From positions 1 through 64,000 of the forward strand of contig JBJOKS010000011.1 in NCBI GenBank assembly GCA_046045965.1: a stretch of 64,000 bases of DNA, read 5' to 3'. The position numbers were made by a program, and so were the translations under genes. A model generated the notes under the pieces. The model ran no database searches, was not told the DNA's origin, and saw nothing but the letters and a program-made list of their open reading frames with translations. How positions within the stretch are numbered: the first letter of the stretch is position 1; each line of letters begins with the position of its first letter. The stretch is from Cyanobacteriota bacterium. Its GTDB lineage: Bacteria > Cyanobacteriota > Cyanobacteriia > Cyanobacteriales > Nostocaceae. This document shows, piece by piece, positions 41,393 through 51,123 of the stretch.

Positions 41393-42478
41393 GTGAAAAT
41401 TCCAAGTTCGATCTGGACATTACTCATTGGCATCGTGCTAACCCTAGTCAGCCTTTGGTACGGTCAAAATCACGGTCTGTTGCCTACCGCCGCATCAGAT
41501 GAAGCCGTATTGATAGATGGTTTATTTAGCGCAATGCTAACTGTTTCTGCAAGTATATTTCTAATAGTTGAAGGTGTTTTAATCTACTCAGCATTTAAAT
41601 ACCGTCGGCGTGCAGGAGACAACGAAGATGGACCACCAATTGAGGGTAATATACCCTTAGAAATACTCTGGACGGCGATCCCCGCAATTATCGTTATCGG
41701 TATTTCGGTTTACAGCTTTGATGTATACAACCAAATCGGTGGATTTGATCCTCATGCAGTCCATGCAGCCCCTGAAAGACTGATGATGGAAGAATCAATG
41801 TCCATGCCAGGAACTGCTATTGCAGCCACTTTAAACGATACACCTGGCAGCACAGAACCAAATCTCAACCAAGCAAAATCTGACCAGGCCATGCAAGACC
41901 CGGCCACCGCAGCAGTCCGCAATGCAGAAATTCCCCAAATGCGGAATGCTCCCGGTGTCGGTAGTGTTGCTCCCACCTTGGGCGCAAGTGAGGAAAAAGC
42001 GGGACAACCACCGCAATTAGTCGTTAACGTCTCTGCCCTCCAGTACGCTTGGATTTTTACCTACCCAGATACAGGCGTGACTACTGGGGAACTCCACGTA
42101 CCCATCGGGCAAGAAGTACAAATGAACATGACCGCTAATGATGTCATTCATGCCTTTTGGGTTCCAGAATTCCGCCTCAAACAAGACGTAATCCCCGGTA
42201 GACAAACAGAGGTTCGCTTCACACCCAGAAAAGAAGGCAGTTATACCTTAATTTGTGCTGAACTGTGTGGCCCCTACCACGGCGCAATGCAAACCCAAGT
42301 AGTGGTAGAGTCCCAAGAGGCTTATGAAACTTGGATGCAAGAACAACTAGTTGCTAGTAAAGACACTCTCAACCAAGCGGTTGCCATCAACCCTGCGGAT
42401 TTATCCCCAGATCAATTTCTCGCTCCCTACACTAAGGACATGGGCATTCACTCAGAAATGCTGCATTTACACAGGTGA
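41393..42478 (+). CDS. coxB: Cytochrome c oxidase subunit II
   Basis: LEILWTAIP, DVIHAFW and the CuA motif CAELCGPYHGAM. Confidence 0.96.
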   Translation: MKIPSSIWTLLIGIVLTLVSLWYGQNHGLLPTAASDEAVLIDGLFSAMLTVSASIFLIVEGVLIYSAFKYRRRAGDNEDGPPIEGNIPLEILWTAIPAIIVIGISVYSFDVYNQIGGFDPHAVHAAPERLMMEESMSMPGTAIAATLNDTPGSTEPNLNQAKSDQAMQDPATAAVRNAEIPQMRNAPGVGSVAPTLGASEEKAGQPPQLVVNVSALQYAWIFTYPDTGVTTGELHVPIGQEVQMNMTANDVIHAFWVPEFRLKQDVIPGRQTEVRFTPRKEGSYTLICAELCGPYHGAMQTQVVVESQEAYETWMQEQLVASKDTLNQAVAINPADLSPDQFLAPYTKDMGIHSEMLHLHR

Positions 42479-42578
42479 CTGGGGACTGGTGACTGGGGAC
42501 TGGTGACTGGGTTATTTACCTCCATTTCTTCCCCTACTTCCCCTACTTCCTGACTCCTTGATCTCCTTTAAAAAAACT

Positions 42579-44273
42579 ATGACCCAAGCACAATTACAAG
42601 AAACTGCCAATATTCCCACTCTCCAGGCAGAACCAGGGGTGAGAAAGTGGTGGGAATTTTTTACATTCAATACCGACCATAAGGTAATTGGTATTCAATA
42701 CCTGGTTACATCTTTTATTTTCTACTGCATTGGCGGCGTGATGGCTGACTTGGTGCGGACAGAACTACGCACCCCAGAGGTGGATTTTGTCACTCCAGAA
42801 GTCTATAACAGCCTGTTCACACTCCATGCCACGATCATGATTTTCCTGTGGATCGTGCCAGCAGGGGCGGGTTTTGCTAACTATCTCATCCCCTTGATGA
42901 TCGGGGCTAGGGATATGGCATTTCCTCGTTTAAATGCTGTGGCTTTTTGGATGATCCCCCCTGCGGGTGTGTTACTTACCCTCAGTTTGGCGGTGGGTGA
43001 TGCACCGGATGCTGGTTGGACTTCTTACCCTCCTCTAAGTTTGGTAACAGGCCAAGTGGGTGAGGCGATATGGATCATCAGTGTTCTGCTGTTGGGTACA
43101 TCGTCGATTTTGGGGGCAATTAATTTTATTGTCACCCTCTTAAAAATGCGTGTTCCCAGTATGGGAGTCCATCAAATGCCCTTGTTTTGTTGGGCAATGT
43201 TGGCAACTTCTGCTTTGGTGTTGCTATCTACTCCAGTTCTAGCCGGGGCGTTAATTCTGCTGGCTTTTGATTTGTTAGCAGGAACAACTTTTTTTAACCC
43301 CACTGGTGGCGGTGATCCGGTCGTTTACCAGCATATGTTCTGGTTTTACTCCCATCCAGCAGTTTACATCATGATTTTGCCTTTCTTTGGGGCAATTTCT
43401 GAGATTATCCCAGTACATTCTCGTAAACCAATTTTCGGTTATAAGGCGATCGCCTATTCTTCTCTGGCTATCAGCTTTTTAGGTTTAATCGTTTGGGCGC
43501 ACCATATGTTTACCAGTGGTATCCCCGGTTGGTTGCGGATGTTTTTTATGATCACTACTATGATCATCGCTGTCCCCACCGGGATCAAAATTTTTAGCTG
43601 GTTAGCAACTATGTGGGGTGGCAAAATTCAACTGAATACCCCCATGTTATTTGCTATGGGCTTTGTGGGTACATTCGTAATGGGTGGGGTGAGTGGGGTA
43701 ATGTTAGCCGCAGTCCCCTTTGATATTCACGTTCACGATACCTATTTTGTTGTCGCCCACCTGCATTATGTTCTCTTTGGTGGTAGCGTTTTAGGCATTT
43801 TCGCCGCTATTTATCATTGGTTCCCAAAAATCACGGGAAGGATGATGAACGAATTTTGGGGTAAGGTTCACTTTGCCTTAACTATCGTTGGTTTAAATAT
43901 GGCCTTCTTACCCATGCACAAACTAGGACTGATGGGTATGAATCGCCGAGTTGCCCAATATGACCCCAAATTTACAACTTTGAATGAAATCTGCACTTAC
44001 GGGGCTTATATTCTCGCGGTTTCTACATTACCCTTTATCATCAATGCCATTTGGAGTTGGTTATATGGTGAAAAAGCGCCTAATAACCCTTGGCGCGCAC
44101 TTACTTTAGAGTGGATGACAACTTCACCACCCACAATTGAGAATTTTGAGATACTCCCAGTTTTAACTACTGGTCCCTACGACTACGGCGTAAAAGAGAA
44201 GAAAGTTGATGTCACTCAAGTATTAAGCGTCCAACCAGATGAACCCTATCCAACTATTGAGTCTGGTGTTTAA
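42579..44273 (+). CDS. coxA: Cytochrome c oxidase subunit I
   Basis: TDHKVIG, WFYSHPAVY, WAHHMF and VAHLHY. Confidence 0.97.
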   Translation: MTQAQLQETANIPTLQAEPGVRKWWEFFTFNTDHKVIGIQYLVTSFIFYCIGGVMADLVRTELRTPEVDFVTPEVYNSLFTLHATIMIFLWIVPAGAGFANYLIPLMIGARDMAFPRLNAVAFWMIPPAGVLLTLSLAVGDAPDAGWTSYPPLSLVTGQVGEAIWIISVLLLGTSSILGAINFIVTLLKMRVPSMGVHQMPLFCWAMLATSALVLLSTPVLAGALILLAFDLLAGTTFFNPTGGGDPVVYQHMFWFYSHPAVYIMILPFFGAISEIIPVHSRKPIFGYKAIAYSSLAISFLGLIVWAHHMFTSGIPGWLRMFFMITTMIIAVPTGIKIFSWLATMWGGKIQLNTPMLFAMGFVGTFVMGGVSGVMLAAVPFDIHVHDTYFVVAHLHYVLFGGSVLGIFAAIYHWFPKITGRMMNEFWGKVHFALTIVGLNMAFLPMHKLGLMGMNRRVAQYDPKFTTLNEICTYGAYILAVSTLPFIINAIWSWLYGEKAPNNPWRALTLEWMTTSPPTIENFEILPVLTTGPYDYGVKEKKVDVTQVLSVQPDEPYPTIESGV

Positions 44274-44380
44274 TTCGTAATTCGTAATTCGTAATTCGTA
44301 ATTCGTAATTGAAAGAAAATTATGAATTATGAATTACCAATTACCCATTACCTATTACCTATTACCTATTACCCATTACC
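44271..44380. repeat. STRR arrays (taattcg x5, then ttacc(c/t)a-type)
   Basis: Tandem 7-mers between coxA and coxC. Confidence 0.9.
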
Positions 44381-44393
44381 AAATAAGAAATTC

Positions 44394-45014
44394 ATGCAAA
44401 GTCAAATAATTGACCCAGCTAAAATCGCAGAAAATCATCATCATGCGGCTGTAGATACCCATCATGAAGCACATCCAGACCATCGTTTATTTGGTTTGGT
44501 GGTGTTCCTGGTTGCTGAAGGGATGATTTTTATGGGTATGTTCGGTGCTTATTTAGCTTTCCGTTCTACTTTACCTGTCTGGCCTCCTGCTGGTACACCA
44601 GAGTTAGAACTGCTGTTACCTGGTGTGAATACTATAAACTTGATTGCCAGCAGTTTTGTGATGCACAATGCTGATACTGCAATTAAAAAGAATGATGCCA
44701 AGGGGATGCGTACCTGGTTGGCTATTACTGCGGCTATGGGTGCAATTTTCTTGGTGGGGCAGGTTTATGAATATACCCATCTGGAATTTGGTTTAACTAC
44801 CAATTTGTTCGCTAGTGCTTTTTACGTTCTCACCGGTTTTCACGGTTTGCACGTTACTATCGGGGTTTTAGCAATTTTGGCGGTGTTGTGGCGATCGCGC
44901 ACTCCCGGTCACTATAGCAATGAAAAGCATTTCGGTATTGAAGCTGCTGAACTGTACTGGCACTTTGTGGACGTAATCTGGATCATTTTATTCGGATTAC
45001 TATATCTACTGTAG
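44394..45014 (+). CDS. coxC: Cytochrome c oxidase subunit III
   Basis: FLVAEGMIF, TGFHGLHV and YWHFVD. Confidence 0.96.
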   Translation: MQSQIIDPAKIAENHHHAAVDTHHEAHPDHRLFGLVVFLVAEGMIFMGMFGAYLAFRSTLPVWPPAGTPELELLLPGVNTINLIASSFVMHNADTAIKKNDAKGMRTWLAITAAMGAIFLVGQVYEYTHLEFGLTTNLFASAFYVLTGFHGLHVTIGVLAILAVLWRSRTPGHYSNEKHFGIEAAELYWHFVDVIWIILFGLLYLL

Positions 45015-45056
45015 GTATTAATTACTTGGTTATTCACTCCACCTGAATAATTTACA

Positions 45057-45081
45057 GTCCCCCACCCAGGGGGTTTTTTTA
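45057..45081 (+). terminator. Terminator of coxBAC
   Basis: cccccacccagggggtttttttt hairpin with U-tract. Confidence 0.6.
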
Positions 45082-45377
45082 TAGCAGGAGGCAGGAGGCA
45101 GAGGGCAGGAGGCAGGAGGGAAAGCCTTGTTATATCTAAGTCTCAAGGATTAATGATGTCCTAACTATCCTGGCTACAGCTATATAACCAAACTTACGTA
45201 ACTAGTCGCAAATAGATACCCGATTTCTCAAAAAAGTCGGGGATTTGGATATTAGGTTTTTTGAATAATTTCCCAACATGATATGAGTTAGGTTGTGGGT
45301 TTTTGATTTGCGGAAATATGTTGATTTATTTTGAATCTAAATCACAGCATATAAACATGAATAATTGAATTGAAACT

Positions 45378-45839
45378 ATGTCTTTGCATCAGTACAAAAA
45401 AAACGGATACCTAGCAGCAAGTATAGGTAGTTTAATAGGGGCTGCCTTACTGATGTATCCTGGTCATTTTTTAGGTGTTGGTTATGTAAAAATGTTCATG
45501 CCCAATGCTACTCTAGATGGAATCTTTCCCCCTTTTATCGGGTTTATTTTTGGCTGGTGGGTTGGAGAAGTTTTAGGATGTTGGCTGGCTTTGGGGCTGC
45601 TACGCTACCGCAGGGCAGCAAGAACAGCTAAATTATTACTAATGATGACTCCTGTCGGTATATTCTTCTGGATGCTATTTCATATCGTTGTGATCAACTG
45701 GATAGGTACTATTGTTAATCAGTCAAATTCCATAGCCAATCTACAGTATAGAACTATGCCTCTAACTATAGCTTTTGTCGCCATTGCTTTATCTCTGAAA
45801 GCAAGGTATCTAGCACAACAAAATACTTTTAAAATGTAG
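45378..45839 (+). CDS. Hypothetical membrane protein
   Basis: 153 aa, about four hydrophobic segments. Confidence 0.7.
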   Translation: MSLHQYKKNGYLAASIGSLIGAALLMYPGHFLGVGYVKMFMPNATLDGIFPPFIGFIFGWWVGEVLGCWLALGLLRYRRAARTAKLLLMMTPVGIFFWMLFHIVVINWIGTIVNQSNSIANLQYRTMPLTIAFVAIALSLKARYLAQQNTFKM

Positions 45840-45844
45840 TAAAA

Positions 45845-46924
45845 TTACTGATTTAGCCAAATATTAATTGTATCATCTAATCCACCACTGGCGAGTATTT
45901 TACCATCAGGACTAAAAGCAATATCTTTGATGGGTTGCGACCAGGCACTTAGGTAATTATTATTTTCTTGTGGTATATCTTTTAACTGACCTGTAGTTAA
46001 ATCCCACATTTTCATCCCATCTTGTCCACCACTAGCAAGGGTTTTACCATCCGGATTCATCGCCATAGCATTCACCGCATTATTATGTCCTGTCAGGGTT
46101 CGGACTCTTGTACCTTTATTAACATTCCAAATTTTAATGGTTTTATCCCGGCTAGAACTAGCTAAACTTTGCCCATCTGGTGTAAAAGCTAACCCAGTTA
46201 CTATTTGAGCATGGGCTTTTATCTCTCGGATGAATTGACGAGAATTCAAATTCCAAAGTTTAACAACACCCTTATTATCACCACTGGCTAAAGTCTGCCC
46301 ATCTTGACTAATAGCCAAGGTATAAATTGCATTATCAAAGCGTACTAGGGTAGCTAGTGGTAGTTGTTGTTTTAAATCCCACAAACGAATCCCATCTAAA
46401 CCACCACTGATGAGCATTTTACTATCAGGAGTCACCACCAAAGATAAAACCGAAGTGGTATGTCCATCAAAAGCACGGCTAAACTCCAGATTTTTGAGGT
46501 TCCAAAGATTAATCCTGTAGTCACTACCGCAACTAACTAGGGTTTTACCATCTGGGGAAATTAAAACAGAGTCTACAGATCCTTGATGCGCTCTGTTAAT
46601 TGTACCCAGCTTTTTACCGGTTTGAGGATTCCAGAAGCGAATTATTGGCTCGTTGTCTGAGCCACCACTGACCAAAATTTTACCATTGGGGCTGAAATTT
46701 AGTGATTTAACAGTTCCTGTGTGTCCTCGTAAAGTGTGAAGCAGTCGGGGATGGATAACACTTCTGCTATCTAAGGAATCTATATTTACTTTATTAGCAG
46801 CTTGAGCAGGATGAGTAGAAAAATCCTGACTAATGGAAATTGAAACCGCGACGACTGCCAAAGATGCTAAGGTCAGACCAGAGCGAATAAATATTTTACA
46901 TCCCCTTCTTACTTCATTGCTCAC
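45845..46924 (-). CDS. Secreted WD40-repeat protein
   Basis: Signal peptide-like N-terminus and about seven WD40 repeats. Confidence 0.9.
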   Translation of the reverse strand: MSNEVRRGCKIFIRSGLTLASLAVVAVSISISQDFSTHPAQAANKVNIDSLDSRSVIHPRLLHTLRGHTGTVKSLNFSPNGKILVSGGSDNEPIIRFWNPQTGKKLGTINRAHQGSVDSVLISPDGKTLVSCGSDYRINLWNLKNLEFSRAFDGHTTSVLSLVVTPDSKMLISGGLDGIRLWDLKQQLPLATLVRFDNAIYTLAISQDGQTLASGDNKGVVKLWNLNSRQFIREIKAHAQIVTGLAFTPDGQSLASSSRDKTIKIWNVNKGTRVRTLTGHNNAVNAMAMNPDGKTLASGGQDGMKMWDLTTGQLKDIPQENNNYLSAWSQPIKDIAFSPDGKILASGGLDDTINIWLNQ

Positions 46925-47020
46925 AATTACCTCTCACTGCTGCTCTAAAACAGTTACAACCCAATATTACTGATTGACCAAATCACCAATAATCCATAAT
47001 TATGAATTATGAATTATGAA

Positions 47021-47326
47021 TTATGAATTATTTTGACGTGGTTTTTTCTTGGAAACGGTAATGATTGGTAAAGGTGGACTAGAGGACTGAGGGGGTAAAT
47101 AATGTTGTACCACAGTTTCCTCTGGCATTGGGGGACGCTGCTGCATCCGCCATAATTTAAAGGCTAAGGCTACTCCTGTTGTTCCTAAGCCAAAAGTGAA
47201 TAATGACCAGCTATCGTCTAAACCACCAATCAGAGCATCTACTATACCCATTGTTACCAATGCACTGATTATAGGTTCTTTTCGGTAGGCTGACTTCAAA
47301 AAACGAGGTAATACAGCGTTCATCAC
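47021..47326 (-). CDS. Conserved small membrane protein
   Basis: AYRKEPI..., two hydrophobic segments and a Pro-rich tail. Confidence 0.7.
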   Translation of the reverse strand: MMNAVLPRFLKSAYRKEPIISALVTMGIVDALIGGLDDSWSLFTFGLGTTGVALAFKLWRMQQRPPMPEETVVQHYLPPQSSSPPLPIITVSKKKPRQNNS

Positions 47327-47665
47327 AGCTTACTTTGTTCCTGTTAACTTTTTATGTAAGTTTATTCGTAATTTGCCTTTGTCATCTTAGGCTATTTTCT
47401 TCGGCTATTCGGGCATATCAAATTATAATTGTTGGTGGTAAAAACTCAGGTGTAGAAATTAACCATCTTGTTTGCCGTATTTTCCTCCCTGTGATGGAAC
47501 TGAAAATTTAGGAATTAACTCCCAGAAGCTTGATAGAGATAGACGGTAATTGCTGGAGATAGTTCGCTACTTTTTCCAAAATGTGAAAACCAGCTGGATG
47601 ATCCACCTGGTTTGCACTCTTCTAATTACTAGCTTACAGCTCAAGCTTGGGACTGGCGATGGTAA

Positions 47666-47836
47666 CTACTTCAAACCCAACCAAGCAAGTACACCTTGAT
47701 TCGTGACATATTCAATTACTACCATGAGAATAAAGCCAATCATAGCCGCACGTCCGTTCAAACGTTCAGCATATTCGTTGAAACCAAATTTTGGTTCTTC
47801 TAGTTTGGGGGTAACGGTTGGTTGTGGTTGTGTCAT
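47666..47836 (-). CDS. hli: High-light-inducible protein (HLIP/SCP)
   Basis: GFNEYAERLNGRAAMIGF chlorophyll-binding motif. Confidence 0.95.
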   Translation of the reverse strand: MTQPQPTVTPKLEEPKFGFNEYAERLNGRAAMIGFILMVVIEYVTNQGVLAWLGLK

Positions 47837-48117
47837 AATCGAAAGTCCCTTTCTGCAATAATGGTGGTCGGCAAACAAAACTTAACAGTTTTTTTGTGAA
47901 ATCTTGATGGAGATTGAGTTTGAGTCTCTCTGAGAGAGAGGAATGTCAACTCTTTCTTTACATTTTTTAATGTTTCTTTATCTATTGTAGGAATAGTTTC
48001 ATATTAGTCAAGGTTCAGCGATCGCTAAATTTGCAATTTTGAATTACTGAATACGGAAGCAGTGGGATAAATACTGCACTCTAGAATGAATCCAAAATTA
48101 TTAGAGGTGATAAATAC

Positions 48118-49206
48118 ATGGAAATCGGTGTTCCTAAAGAAACTAAAGATCAAGAATTTCGGGTGGGTTTGAGTCCTTCTAGTGTGCGGGTACTCACAGA
48201 AAGCGGTCATACTGTCTTTGTGGAAACTCAAGCTGGTGCTGGTGCTGGATTTACGGATGATGATTACCGTAATGCGGGAGCAGGAATTGTTGAGACAGCA
48301 GAAGCAGTCTGGAATCGGGAGATGGTTGTTAAGGTTAAAGAACCCTTGAAAACAGAGTATAAATTCTTGCTCAAAGACCAGTTATTATTTACTTATTTAC
48401 ACTTAGCTGCTAATCGGGAATTAACAGAATATTTGATTGATGCTGGAACTTGTGCGATCGCCTACGAAACGGTAGAACAACCAGGTGCAAATAGATTACC
48501 TTTGCTCACGCCTATGAGCATTATTGCAGGTAGGTTAGCTGTACAATTTGGTGCAAGATTCTTGGAACGTCAACAAGGTGGTAGAGGCGTACTTTTAGGG
48601 GGTGTACCTGGAGTTAAACCCGGTAAAGTCGTAATTTTAGGTGGTGGGGTTGTGGGGACTGAAGCGGCTAAAATTGCTGTGGGTATGGGTGCTTCAGTAC
48701 AAATTTTAGATGTCAATGTGGAACGCCTATCTTATTTAGAAACCCTGTTTGGTTCTAGAGTAGAACTACTTTACAGCAATTCTGCCCACATTGAAACCGC
48801 AGTTAAAGAAGCTGACTTACTCATTGGTGCAGTATTAATACCAGGCAAAAAAGCGCCTATTTTAGTATCTCGTGAATTGGTTAAACAAATGCGTCCCGGT
48901 TCTGTGCTTGTGGATGTTGCTGTTGATCAAGGTGGATGTGTAGAAACATTACACCCCACATCCCACACCAGTCCAGTATACATTGATGAGGAAGTTGTAC
49001 ATTATGGCGTTCCTAATATGCCCGGTGCTGTACCTTGGACATCAACTCAAGCACTTAATAATAGTACATTGCCTTATGTAGTGCAGTTGGCTAATTTGGG
49101 TGTTAAGGCTTTAGAAGTTAACCCAGCATTAGGTAAAGGTTTGAATGTGAAAAATCATCGCTTAGTACATCCTGCGGTACTAGAAGTTTTTCCTGACATA
49201 GTTTAA
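48118..49206 (+). CDS. ald: Alanine dehydrogenase
   Basis: IGVPKE..E.RV, KVKEP, FTYLHLA, GGGVVG, DVAVDQGG and VPNMPG. Confidence 0.96.
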   Translation: MEIGVPKETKDQEFRVGLSPSSVRVLTESGHTVFVETQAGAGAGFTDDDYRNAGAGIVETAEAVWNREMVVKVKEPLKTEYKFLLKDQLLFTYLHLAANRELTEYLIDAGTCAIAYETVEQPGANRLPLLTPMSIIAGRLAVQFGARFLERQQGGRGVLLGGVPGVKPGKVVILGGGVVGTEAAKIAVGMGASVQILDVNVERLSYLETLFGSRVELLYSNSAHIETAVKEADLLIGAVLIPGKKAPILVSRELVKQMRPGSVLVDVAVDQGGCVETLHPTSHTSPVYIDEEVVHYGVPNMPGAVPWTSTQALNNSTLPYVVQLANLGVKALEVNPALGKGLNVKNHRLVHPAVLEVFPDIV

Positions 49207-49423
49207 ATTTCTCATGACTTAGCTAAGTAGGTAAGGGGGAGTCAAAGTCTCTCCCCTACCAGGTGAAATGATTTGTTGAACTCTTTTGAAACACAGAAGG
49301 TCTATTAAATCCTTTAAAATCGCCTTGATTTGGCTTCTAGAATTCATTCCCATACTCTGTCTGGGAACGAGAAGATACAGAGTATGAGAACGAGAAAATG
49401 GGAAAGAGAAGAAAACTAAAAAA

Positions 49424-49825
49424 TTATGGTGATAATTGCCAAACCTTAATAGACTTATCACCACTACCGCTAATTAAAGCTTTACCATCTTTACTCACAG
49501 CCAAAGCATAAATACCACCAGCATGACCTTCAATAGTCCGGCTTAACTTGCCAGTTTTTAAATCAAAAATACTAATTTTTCTACCTAACCCACCAGTAAT
49601 AAAAATTTTTCCATCGGCAGTGAGAGCAACAGCATTAATGCTACCAAGTTCAGCAGAAAAATTGTGAACAATCTTCCCCGTCTTCAGATTCCAAACCTTT
49701 ACATTATTACCATCAGTTTCTTGAATTGACTGGTGAAAATCGTTATAACCACCATTAATTAAAGTTTGTCCATCGCTACTAATAGCTAGGGAGATAACAG
49801 CAGAAGCACCTTGAAAATCAAACAT
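49424..49825 (-). pseudogene. WD40-repeat fragment (about three blades), probably 5'-truncated
   Basis: Starts mid-repeat and is too short for a complete propeller. Confidence 0.6.
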
Positions 49826-49967
49826 AGGATTTTTCTTTCGGTTTTGGTGGTACTAAAAAAGTTTTTGTCTATTAATCTTTGTTTTCATCCTTGTATTAAG
49901 GAATTGCTAAGAGGATGTTTTAAAAATGCAGAAATTAAGAGATGATAGAATTAACAGTCATTAGAGG

Positions 49968-50447
49968 ATGATAATTTCACCCATGAATAAAATATTAGAT
50001 GAAACCTTATCTCAACAAGTTGCGGAAAGCATCAAAAGTAAAGCTAAAAAGCCTTTTGATAATGCTTATAAAGCAGTTTTAGCAACTGAGAGTGCAAAGT
50101 ATGTTCAAGGTTTTATAGTTTTTACTGGTCATCCATATAAACCAGTTGAACACGCTTGGGTTGAGTTAGAAGATGTAATTATTGATCCTAGCTTTCCTCA
50201 TTTACAAAGAAAAGCTGAAAATATTTGGTATTTTCCCGCACAAAGTCTGACTGTTAAAAAACTAAAAGCGATTATTGATGAATCAAAAGAAGATTATCCA
50301 GAAGATGATCCTTTACCAATTTATGGTGAAGCACCTTATGAATATTATGGGGATTTAATGTTAGGTGATCATGAATATTTGGCAGCTTATCAAGCGGCTG
50401 AGGTTAAATGTCGAGAAATTAATGGCTTAGATGCTGAGAAAAATTAA
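49968..50447 (+). CDS. Conserved hypothetical protein
   Basis: YVQGF..EHAW..IIDP motif, 159 aa. Confidence 0.7.
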   Translation: MIISPMNKILDETLSQQVAESIKSKAKKPFDNAYKAVLATESAKYVQGFIVFTGHPYKPVEHAWVELEDVIIDPSFPHLQRKAENIWYFPAQSLTVKKLKAIIDESKEDYPEDDPLPIYGEAPYEYYGDLMLGDHEYLAAYQAAEVKCREINGLDAEKN

Positions 50448-50458
50448 TATTAAATAGG

Positions 50459-50603
50459 AATCAGGAGTCAGGAGTCAGGAGTCAAGAGTCAGGAGTCAGT
50501 GAAAAGTAAACTACGATAACAGATAACTGAATAGGGAATAGGAATAAATTTACTAATGACTAATGACTAATGACTAATGACTAATGACTAATGACTAATG
50601 ACT
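50459..50603. repeat. STRR arrays (aggagtc-type; actaatg about x7)
   Basis: Tandem 7-mers between convergent genes. Confidence 0.9.
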
Positions 50604-51011
50604 TTAATAAGATTTACCATCGCTGCCAAAATATTCTCTGTAGCTGCAAATTTTATTATCGCGCACGTCAAAGGCAACTGCAATCCGATTTTTATAAGGT
50701 TGTCCAAATAATTTTCCTTCATCACGAAATTCAAAGATGACGGTTTTTTCGTTGCTAGTTATGCTGTCTAAAGATGTTAGCTTAATTCCTGTTTGAAAGG
50801 CTTCAGAAACATAAGCAAAAAACTCTTTTGCTCTTTCTTTACCTATATTTAACCCGTGAAATTTTCCCGTTGGGAACCAAAAGGTAAAATCATCGGTTAG
50901 CATATCTAGAAAATTGTGCCAATCACCAGTTTCTAGACCATATTGAAAATGCTCAAATGCTTGTTGAGCAATTTTTAAAGTTTTTTCTGTTTCGGATGTC
51001 ATTTTTTCCAC
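50604..51011 (-). CDS. SnoaL/NTF2-like protein
   Basis: GDW..FLDMLTDDFTFWFP...YKNRIAVAFDVRDNKI..YREYF. Confidence 0.85.
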   Translation of the reverse strand: MEKMTSETEKTLKIAQQAFEHFQYGLETGDWHNFLDMLTDDFTFWFPTGKFHGLNIGKERAKEFFAYVSEAFQTGIKLTSLDSITSNEKTVIFEFRDEGKLFGQPYKNRIAVAFDVRDNKICSYREYFGSDGKSY

Positions 51012-51123
51012 CTATCCACAGGTAAAAATATAATTTTTGAGGGAGACTTTGATGGTTTTATTCCCCTTTTTTAAAGAGACAAGGGGAAATATACATGAAA
51101 ATTGATACTTCTGGTGACATCCT

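Noticed and set aside
47955..47980. HLR1/RpaB site upstream of hli
   Set aside because: Only one good half-site (tttacatt) is visible and the second is too degenerate to support.
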